A DNA stretch of 64,000 nucleotides. It comes from Bilabrum cf. latius (lineage: Eukaryota). The notes beneath the pieces are model-generated. The model saw only the letters and a list, made by a program, of their open reading frames with translations, was not told where the DNA came from and did not search any database. How positions within the stretch are numbered: position 1 is the stretch's first letter; every line of letters starts with the position of its first letter. This document shows, piece by piece, positions 51,401 through 61,515 of the stretch. Where the stretch lies: the NCBI GenBank assembly GCA_965178125.1, contig OZ237749.1:620001-684000 (forward strand), written 5' to 3'. The translations under genes were made by a program, and so were the position numbers.

Positions 51401-54400
51401 ATCCGGCCTGCTCCTAGCCTGCCTGTACACTATGTGCCGTGGCGATCGTGACTCGATAGGCCCCTGCTACAGACCACTCTCCTGACTCGAATGCCGGCTC
51501 CACTCTGAAGCGCGGGAGGAGCGCGCCCGGTCCAGCATGGCACGGTGGGCAGCAGCACGACTGAGCTGGTCCCTGACACCAGCTTCCCTGCGCCTGGCTG
51601 CCTCCAATCCATCGGCCGTGGCTTTTGCTTTCCGACTGGATACGAGTGATGCCCGCTTACGCCTGTCCTCTAAAGCTACTGCAGATCTAGGCCGTGCCCT
51701 GGTACTACCGACACTTTGAACCGCTCGGCGATCGGCCGCGGAAGGCTGCGATCGACCACCCTTTTCACCTTGGTCTCCATCGCGCTCCCCGCCTGCAAAC
51801 TGCAGCGCAAGCGCTTTGTCGCCATTGCCAAGTCCCGCGAACAGCTCCAACCTCCGACGGTCTGCCTCCTCTTGCGCCCTTGATGCCGCGTCCTCCGCTT
51901 CGCGTCGCCGCCGCTCCTCGCTAGTGGTCTTGCGCTCGCGCTTCTCGCGTCGCCAGCGGATCGTTCTTGCCGTCTGCAACCTAGTCCTATCACCGAACCC
52001 CTTTCCCACCCGTGTCACGCTGCGACGATGTGCCCTTGGAGATGCGCTCCGCACCCTGCGCTTGCGCCTCCTCGACTTGCGCTTCAGGGCCCGAGCATCC
52101 GCAGAGCCTGCATCAGTGCCTGTGCTGCCGAGTTCACCCAGCGAGCTCTCGCTCGCAGCTGTTGATTCATCCAGCAGGGTGCCAACTCCAGCCCCAGCCG
52201 TTCCCCGCAGACCGGCCATTGCGCCTCGCAGGCGGTCGATTTCGCCGGCGCCTTGCGCCACCTCCCTGACCTTCTGGTCAGATTTCCACCGGACCCCGTG
52301 CTTGCGCAGAGCCTTAACATATTTGCCGAATCCGAGCCTCTTTAGCTCTTTCGGATCGAGCTCGTCAAACTCGAAGAACCCTCCCGACGCTGCAATGGCA
52401 CGTGGCGGTGCATCGGCGGGCACAGTCGCCTCATTGGCGCTGCCCCCAGAGCTGCTTCGCGCAACGAATGATTCCCCTCTGACCCGACGGTTCGCTGCAA
52501 TCCATGCGGCATCTTGCAGTCCTCGGTTGCGTGGCGACCGCCGGCCGTCCGCGAACAGAGACCCAGCTGTGGAAGTCGCTTCACTTTCCTTTGCCACATG
52601 AGTGTGTGGTAGGCAGCCCGACTGCGCAGTCGGATCCGATGGATGGACGCTGCCTGCGCTCGAGCTCGCGACCGCACTTGCAAGCGCATCAGCTTCAGCT
52701 GCTCCGGTGCTGCCGGCCGCCAGTGCCCAGAGATCCACTGCTGTGTAGCTCCGGAACACAACACCAGCATCAGTCCCAACCGCATTTCCCGAGAAGGACT
52801 AAGTATGCCCCGGAAGTCCATGACTATCGGCAGCAATAGATTCATCCCGACTATCGGCTGCCCGGGCGCTGGCAGCATCTTCCCTGCTCTGTGCTGCTTC
52901 TCTTACATCTGCGTCTTCCACGGCCGTCTGCGCCTGAGACCGTCGCAGTAGCGACGAGAGCCTAAAGGAGCCGGTTGCCTGCATCCCACCGCCAAGCAGT
53001 CGAGCCGTCTGCTGCCATAGGGCCGACTGCTGCTCCTCTTCCACCGCTAGCTGCCGGCGGGAACCACCCCAGAATGCCCTGTATCTTGACCTCGAGAACT
53101 TGAGCCGCTCCCTATTTTCCGAGGCCTGCGCGCCTTTGGATGCAGCATCAGGAGGCTGGGCGTGGCCCTATCTCCTTGTCTGGGACAGCCCACCGTGGGG
53201 AGGCTGCTTCCTTGTCCTCGTCCTTGTCCTCGTCCTCGTCGCCCTCTGGCTCCGGCTGCTCGTCTCCTTGGACCCAGGCGTACCCCCTGCGAGCTGATCT
53301 GGAGCTGCATCTCCATTTCTCAGGAGTGCCGTCTGGTCAGCGAATTCCTGCGGTTCGCTTGCATCCTCGCAGCTGCCCGTCTCGCTGTTGCTGTCGCTGT
53401 AGTACAGCTCGACCTCCTCGTCTCCTTCAGCTTCACGGTTGGCGCTGCTATGGGATTCTTCAAAGGGGCTGTTGCTCTTGCCATGGCCCTGCATCTCGCT
53501 GTGGGTCCCCAGGAATGCGTCGAGTGCATCCTCGTCCGAAATCTCAACCACCGGAATCTCACCGAAACTACCCAATCGATGAGGAGGGTGAGCCTGAGCC
53601 TCACGGTGGCGGTGTTGGTCGTGAGGTGCGCCCCGCCCGGACTGCCCGTCGGCATAGGCGTGTCCCGATGCCCTTGCAGCATCAATTTCCGAAACGTCAC
53701 CGATGTCAGCCAGGCCGCCCGGCTGCCCGCCCACCGACTCCAGGAAAGCAGCTGACCTCCCGGCGCACCAATGCCTGACCTCCGGCAGCACCGCGAGCAT
53801 GCCATCAGTGAGGGACTCTCGAACCTCTTTGGGTACTCGATGGACTCCTCGGCCCACGTCGTAGATATTCTCAACCTCCTTGCGGCGCTCGGCCTGTCGT
53901 GCTTCTGCTCGCCTGCGCTGCTGGACGGCCTTGCCGTCTGCCTTCTGCAGCGATCGCTGCCACATCTGCTCTTCTTGGTCAGCAGCGTGATGCAGTTTAT
54001 CTAGCTGCTTGATGCGCTCCTCTTCTTCTCTGTTCCAGCCAAGGTGCATTCCCCAGGACCTGCCGTCCGGTCCGCTCAGGTCCCCCGTGGCCAACAGATC
54101 CTCTCGTTTCGTCTCCTCGTCACAAATGGGACAGCCCTTCTCCGTGAGCTCTTGAATTCGTTGTTTTCCATCATCTACTGCTCTGATCCGGCTATTGTAC
54201 GACTACAGCCACTTTGATGCAAGCGAGTGCCGCTTTTCGACATGACCAATGACAAAGCTCTGCAGCAGCCGCGGAGATCCAGCCAAAGCTTGCTTCACGC
54301 TGGAAATGGGTGTGGTAGGCGGAATTTGGGCCAGGGTTTCTTTAGCAAGCCTGAGATTGAGCCTGTGCACAGCACGCGGGCTGCGTGGCAGACTACTTCG

Positions 54401-54568
54401 CACGGACCCGCCTTGTGGTCGATCCGGTACCTTCTCTTGCTCAGCAGCTTGATGCAAGAATTCATCGTACAGATCCTTTGCTTCCGTATAGCTCATTGCT
54501 CCACGACGGGCATCCCTTTCCTCTACGAAATGTGCTGTGGGTAATCGAGCCTTCAACGAAGAATCCAT
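48482..54568 (-). CDS. Hypothetical protein (~2028 aa), largely disordered/coiled-coil, intronless
   Basis: Nine minus-strand ORFs (54203, 53168, 52799, 51467, 50924, 50570, 50264, 49622, 48824) share one frame and each ends in TAG. The first TAA/TGA reached is TAA at 48482. Confidence 0.7.
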
Positions 54569-54708
54569 CGGTGGTGCGCCACACCACCCAACGGATACCA
54601 ACCAACGAACACTACACGGAGCTCCTGGAAACGGAATCGAAGCCGATAGCATTCGAGCGAACTGTCATGTCCATATCATATCGAAAGCATTTGAGTGCGC
54701 CGCATCAA

Positions 54709-56316
54709 TCAAAGGCTTGCAAGCCGCTGCTGCTCCTGCATCGCGACGAGCGTGTCGAACGCATAGCCGAGCACAGTCTGCAGCACCACCTCCCCGGACC
54801 CGTCCCCCGCATCTCCCACCCTAAGAACAGCCATAATTTGTTTCTGGGACAGCCCCGCCTCCATCCCATCCAGCGCAGCCGCCACCTTGTCATCCGACGC
54901 TCGCCCAGACCCGTCGTCAAGTGGAGCGAGCACTCCAGAGAGCCTCTCACCGAACGCGTCGTAGTCCATGCCGCCCACAGTGCTCAATGAGGCGTCCGTG
55001 GCGCGGGCAGACCGCAGCGCGCTGCTCTTCTCGAGGCTCTGCTGCAGCTCCACGTACGACAGCACGACCTTGGCTGCCGTGCCAGCGAACGTTCGGTAGT
55101 TCACCAGCCCCGTCTCCGGATCCGCCTCCGCCTCGCTGACCACGGCCCACACCTGGATCTCGCTCAGGCCTAGGTCCGCCGCGCTGACGGCCTCGGCCAG
55201 CGCCCCCGCGGGCAGCTGCCCCGACCTGTCCCCGCCCTCGCCGCCGCCCTCCTGGGCCTCCAAGTGGGCGAGCAGGTACTCCGTGAGCGCCGCCTCGTCC
55301 GCTGGCACGCGGTCCAGCTCGTACTGGTCCATGACGGTGTTCAGCAGCAGCTGAAAGGCAGTGGGCACGAACTCCTGGTATGCGATGCGACCGTCCCTGT
55401 CCTCATCTGCCTCCATCAGGGCCGCGTTGATCTCCCTCCGGCTGAACCCCAGGTCGCTCCTCCGAAGAACGTTCGCGAACTCTGCGCGGGAGAGGTACCC
55501 GCTTTCGTCCTCGTCCGCCTGCTGGAACATCTGGCCGAGCATCTGCTCGAGCTGCTCGCGGTCCAGGCCGTGGAGCAAGTACTCGGTTGCTCGCTCCATG
55601 CTGGCCTCTGCAGCTGCAGCGGCGTCACTGCGGAACTTGTCCTTTGCCACAAGAGACTCTACTACCTCGACTCCGATCGGGAGGAATTCTGCGGGGCGTC
55701 CATAGTTCGTGGTGCAATGCAATGCAATCGGTTGGGAGCTGTTGTTGCGCAGGCACCCTGTCGGACAAGCAGGCAGGTCGCCACGGGGCGAGACAGAGAC
55801 CTTGGGGTAATATCTGAGGAGTACTTGACACGAACAAACACATGCGTAGGAAAATTAGAAACTGCACCCACCTTCGTACGAAATGGAGCCATCGTCGTTC
55901 GCGTCTGCCTCAGCCAGCATTGGCCTCATTCTGCTTTCTGGAACACCGAGCGCATCGGCAAACTGCCGAATGACCTATCGGAATTCGGAAGCATCTAATG
56001 TTCCAGACTTATCGGTATCAGCATCCACAAAGAGTCGGTGGATCATCTCAGCTAGCTGCGCGCCGGTTGGGAAATCTGCGCCATCACCGCTGCCGCTGCT
56101 TGCACCACCACCTGCGCCACTTGCAGCGGCACGAGATCCGCTCCCACCTGCCGCCTTCTCAGCGAAGTGCTTTGCAGCATATTCAAGGATCCATCTCTCC
56201 TCATCAGCAACATCCTTGTCTCGCGGGAAATCGCGCAGCACTTCCCGCGTCAAGTCTCTCATGATCTCAGGAAATCCTTCCGGAATTCTGTAGCGCTTTG
56301 CATACTTTGAAGCCAT
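54709..56316 (-). CDS. RIIa (D/D) domain + multi EF-hand protein, radial spoke protein 7-like
   Basis: YRIPEGFPEIMRDLTREVLR (RIIa). EF-hands DTDKSGTLDASEFR[TAG]VI, DANDDGSISYEEF, DEDESGYLSRAEF, DEDRDGRIAYQEF. Intron 55689-55871; ends TGA. Confidence 0.82.
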
Positions 56317-56546
56317 TATGCAGAACCGTGATCGTATACCTTGAGAAACTAGTGGAAGATTCCGATACTCCCAACTGAAAGTCCGTTGCACTACATGTTC
56401 CGCAACTCGGATCCGATCGGATTTGCGCGGCGCCGAAGTGCAACACCGTGGACGATTGTCGCGCTCAGCCGTCGCTAGCCGAGGATACCAGTGCCTGCGA
56501 GAGAATACACAGTGTTGCTAGCATTGAACTTGTCAATTCAAATAGG

Positions 56547-58604
56547 ATGGCTTCGTCAGGCTTGAGAATCCTGGATGAAGAAGATGGGGACTCGGGAAAG
56601 TCAGGCAGTTCCTACAAGATGCCTTCGATTGGAACAGCAGCTTCTAGCAAGCGCCGCGTGTCGTACTTTTATGACCCAGAGATTGGAAGTAAGATTATCT
56701 CGATAGAGTCCATAAGCTTTATGAACCACCGCGGCGACACTGCTCTTATATTACCATAAGTCTCGATTTTGCTCCTGCAGATTGGCACTATGGTCAAGGT
56801 CACCCGATGAAGGTAAGTCGTGCAAAGCTTCCGTTCTGAACTTCGTATTCGTGTGTTACACACATAAAGTTCAGCGCACTGCCTGAGTTTCCAGAACAAA
56901 TGACACGGCTGGTTCACTCGGTTGCGCCTATCGCTCAATGCCCCGCAGCCTCATCGAGTGCGTATGGCGCACCACCTGATTGTCAGCTATGACCTGTACC
57001 GCCAAATGGAAATTTATGTGAGCCGCACCTGAGAAGCTGGGACATTGTTGGAATCCGGGCTTTTCCTTCCATTCCAGGGATTGTGTTGCACCGCTCGACG
57101 AACTCGCAGAGACCGCCCCTAATCGATGCCGCTGAAATGACGAGGTTCCACTCGGACGACTACATCAATTTCTTGCGGGTGATCACACCCGATAACATGT
57201 AGGACCATCTTCGGGAATTGCAGCGATGTGAGATGCTCCGCTCGGTGCGAGCGCACCCGGCGCCCAAATGGGTGATTCCATCCCGATACGTACTCGTGGC
57301 CAAATAGTGAAACTGATCATGTTTTTCATAATGTTGTCCTTTATTGAATTGCAGTTGCTGTCGGTGAGGATTGCCCAGTTTTCGACGGGATCTTCGAGTT
57401 CAACCAGCTCGCCACGTCGGGATCGATGGGAGGAGCCGCTCTTATCAACGCGGGAAGGTGTGACGTGGCTATTAACTGGGCCGGTGGGTTCCATCACGCC
57501 AAGAAGTCCGAGGCGAGCGGGTTCTGCTACGTGAACGACATCGTGCTGGCCATCCTCGAGCTGCTCAAGGTGCACCGCCGCGTGCTGTACATCGACATCG
57601 ACATCCACCACGGGGACGGCGTGGAGGAGGCCTTCTACACCACGGACCGGGTCATGTGCGTGTCCTTCCACAAGTACGGCGATTTCTTCCCCGGCACGGG
57701 CCACTGGGAGGACATCGGGTATGCCAAGGGCCGGAACACGAGCATCAACTTTCCCCTCCACGACGGGATGAACGACGAGGCCTACCGCACCATCTTCAAG
57801 CCCATCATCGCGGAGGTCATGGCTAGGTACCAGCCCGAGGCCGTGGTGCTGGAGCTCGGGGCCGACTCCCTGGCGGGGGACAGGCTGGGCTGCTTCAACC
57901 TTTCTCTCAAGGGACACGCGGAGTGCGTCGAGTTCGTCAAGTCGTTCGGGCTGCCCACCATCCTGCTGGGCGGGGGCGGGTACACGATGCGCAACGTGGC
58001 TAGGTGCTGGACTTACGAGACAAGCGTGATGCTCGGCCGAAGCATCCCTGACGAGCTGCCGTACAACGAGTACTTTGAGTACTACGGTCCCGACTATCGC
58101 CTGCACATTGACACCACCAACATGGAGAACAAGAACGACCGCAAGTACCTCGATGACGTCACTGCCAAGCTCCTCGGCGTCCTCAAGGAGCTGGAAATCG
58201 CCCCGTCAGTGGGCTATGACACAGGAGCGGCGGGCGGGGTGTCCCACCCCAGGCCCATGGAGATGGACACGGGCGCCTAGGATGACGCGAAGGATCCAGA
58301 CGAGAGGGACATGGAGGCGGAGGACCGACGGGCGGGTGACGAGGGGGAGATGCACTCGGGGGAGAAGGACCAGGACCACGACACGGTGGTGGAGGGCAAG
58401 TCCTCCATGCCCTCGAGCCTGGCCATGCAGGATGACGATGGGGTGCAGGGAGCCGCGACTGGGGGCGCCGCTTCAGCTGCAGCCGGGGCGGCCGGGGCTG
58501 GGGCTGGGGCTGGGGCTGGGGCAGGGGCAGGCAGTGCCTCGTCGTCTTCCTCTGCCGAAGCTTCCAAGGGCGCGTCGGGGTCGGCGGCGATGGAGGACGA
58601 CTGA
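56547..58604 (+). CDS. HDAC1: Class I histone deacetylase (HDAC1/RPD3), 5 exons
   Basis: [88 protein letters not shown]. Four introns starting at 56689, 56813, 57018, 57228. TAG at 57200 and 58278; ends TGA. Confidence 0.96.
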
Positions 58605-58790
58605 AGGATCCAGGAGCCGGGAGGGGGATGGGGCGTGCAGGTGCAGGTGCAGGTGTGGTTCAGCCCGATCGAGGTGCGTGGTGTGACGATCATTGATTTC
58701 AGTCAGTCCGTTTGTTCAGTCTGTGTTGGAGCATACCGCATGGAATCTTGCAGTGCATGCAAGCAGCCAAGGCACGCCAAAAATGATAAA

Positions 58791-60465
58791 TCAACTGGTT
58801 TTGCCAGAGTCGGGCTCTTCTATTGTTGACAGATGCTCGTCCCCGCCCTGCATGCTGCCTCCCAGCTCCGAGCCCGCCGCATCATCATGAGGCGCGCCAA
58901 AACCCTCGTGTCCGACCCCAGCCGCCCTGTCCGAATCTCTCACCGCACCGTGCGCATCCTTAGGTTCCCCATCGACAACTCCTGCCCCTTGCTCCCTGTC
59001 CAGCCGACTGGGTGGTCGCAACCTCAGGTTTTCCGGGAGCCTCGCCGCGATGTCTGCGAGCTGGCCGTCTACCAGGTGAGCGTACCGCTTGCCGCCGTAC
59101 CGATAGTACCGGGGGTCCGCCGTGGGCTGCCTGGGGGGAAGCCTGTCCGATTCTTTTCGCAGTGCCACGAGCACGCACTGGCAGCACGACGTGAGGCAGT
59201 GAAGCAGGGCGCAGATCAGAGCCACCGGGGCAAACGGATATATCGCACCGGCGATGGAACGCTGGAACGGCGCCGCGCAACCTGGCCTTCGAGCATCCGC
59301 GGCGAGGCAGGTCGCTGAGACAGGGAACAAGTAGGGGCAGCCGCCGTGCCCCTGCAGAGGCCGGAGTGCCGCCAGCCCCTCCGCCGTGAAGTTGCCACTG
59401 CCTGCACCGGGCCCGCCGTTCCCCTGCAAGGCGCTCTGGTCTGGGATCGGATCAAAGGCCTCGTGCGACCGGTAGCTGCCGTCCTCAGACACGAGGCAGA
59501 ACTGCGAAGGGGCGAACCATCCACCGTAGTGCGCCCTCGCACACCGCTGCATGGCCTCGACCGCCGGCAGGTCCGACCGGAGGAGGCTGTCCCCATCGAG
59601 ATCGTGCTTCCACCACGCGTCCACTGGGCTGATTACGTCACCGGGGGAGACCTGGGCGCTGGTGTTACTTGCTGCTCCTGCTCCTGCAGTGCCGCCGCTG
59701 CTCCCCCAGAACAGGTCGGGCCTGTCCTCCACGAGGACCGCGGTTTCCTCTGGTCTCTCAGTCAGGTTGAAGTAGAAGTCACCGGGGCTGCATCGAAGGG
59801 GCGCGCCCCACCCGCAGCACGAGTGCTCCTCTTCGATGGAGAGGAGCCTGCGCCTGTAGGTCTCGATGCCTGCAGCAGCGCCGTGGTGGTAGTACAGCCA
59901 GAGTCTCAGCATGCGAGAGGTTTGCAGGCTCGCCAACTGGCGCTGGCATTTCGGGGAGTCGATGCTGCTTTCATCGCCCCGCAGGAAACACGCATCGGAG
60001 GCCGCCATCGACTCGGAGCCGCCAGCGTCAGGGATCAGCCCAGGCCCTTGCCCCGCCGTTGCCGCAACCGTCGCGCCAATCACACCGAGCACGGCAGCGA
60101 CGCAAACTTGCATGCTGCAAAAAATAAGTAGTGCAAATTTGTTGTGCTAGCTCACGGCTGCCGAACCGCATGCAGCGATCGGCAACTGAGTCCATCCGGC
60201 ACAGCACAGACCGGCGCTCCACAGCTTGGAAACGTTGCCAAAAGCTGTGAGATAGTCCGAATCCAGGAGAAGACGGAGCGCAACCCCGAAATATAAAATC
60301 CAGTTGATCTGCGGCTCATTCGGCTAAGGGTAGCCCGGTACTAGCTCATCATGGACACGCAACGCTCATGATACAGCTGCATTGATGACCTTGTAGCCAA
60401 TCTCTCACGCCGTGAAACAGCTGCATTCCAAGCAGGCTGCGCAAAGAGGCAGTCCTGTTGCACAT
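58791..60465 (-). CDS. Tetraspanin-like 4-TM protein with enlarged extracellular loop
   Basis: Exon 60465-60409, intron 60309-60408, three N-terminal hydrophobic segments (…ACGSAAVS[TAG]HNKFALLIF…), CCG motif (HSCCGWG), further Cys, then TM4; ends TGA. Confidence 0.6.
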
Positions 60466-60966
60466 CAAGTTGATTCATGTAGAAATCACTATCATTTTGA
60501 CTCGTCGTGCGAGCGGGCGGCGAGCGGAGCACTTTCTCGCTCCGGACGGGTTCTGTATTATTCATCAACTTGAAGTACTCGCAATAAAAAAACAAACGGC
60601 TGGAAACGGAACCAACCAAGGCAACGGAACCTCACACCAATCGCGATCGAATCTTCAGAAGTGAGCACACATGTGCTAACTATTTTGTTGTGGCTGTTGA
60701 TGTGCGGCACGCCCGTACATGATTGGGTAATACACTGCTGATAAACAGTCTTGTTTGCACCGGATCGATTGGATTCGCCGAAGCAAGGCAACACAAATCC
60801 AGCCACACAGTTGACCAATACGGATATTGTTTGTTGTTATTGTCTTGTTATGACCATGCGAAACTCTTTCTGTTCGCGTGATTTCTTTGCTACCTATTCA
60901 TTCGGAAGCATTGATTCGAACACTTGGCCGCCGACCGATTCTTGTTCATCTGCGCAGGGACATACT

Positions 60967-61173
60967 ATGGACTCTGCTTACTTCGCTGGAATCGCTGCTG
61001 TTGCATCTGCCTTCCTATGGGTGAACGCACCGTGCCGCTGCTCCGCGCAAGCGTGTGACATACGCTGCACATGCAAGGATACCAAGTGTGAAGGCTGCCC
61101 GTGCTGCGCGGACTGTGATGGTAAATGCGGGTGCACGCAGAGTGGCTGCGGGTGCAAGGGGAACAAGAAATAA
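60967..61173 (+). CDS. Metallothionein-like Cys-rich small protein with hydrophobic N-terminus, 68 aa
   Basis: 14 Cys in the last ~46 aa arranged as CxC, CC and CxxC, with no aromatics in that part. Probable 5'-UTR intron 60661-60957; ends TAA. Confidence 0.65.
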   Translation: MDSAYFAGIAAVASAFLWVNAPCRCSAQACDIRCTCKDTKCEGCPCCADCDGKCGCTQSGCGCKGNKK

Positions 61174-61515
61174 ATCTGGTCTCAGCGGGATTTGGGTTTG
61201 ATTGGCAGCAGCCGGCGAACCCTCTGGCTGCGCGAATGGACCCCCATGTGGCAGTAGCAGGGCCACGCGCACCTGTCGACTGCGGATGCTGCCACTGGTG
61301 ATGTCCTGCCCGACAGCATCTCGACATTTGAATTTGTGCATGTGTTCAGACAAGATGCTACATCCAGACATATCCGAATACGGGGCGACGATTGCCACCA
61401 TGAACCACTGCCACTGATTGCTACATCCGATGGGAGTCCATCATTCCACTGTGGGCAGGCGATGCACCGGACCACACCTTGGGCTGCTTGTCACAGTAGG
61501 GGGTGTGCTGCTGAT

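Noticed and set aside
3183-58604. Mass pseudogenisation or poor sequence quality as the cause of fragmented ORFs
   Set aside because: The breaks are all TAG, with no frameshifts or TAA/TGA outside the trpB fragment. Essential genes (HDAC1, PRORP) keep intact motifs and splice sites.
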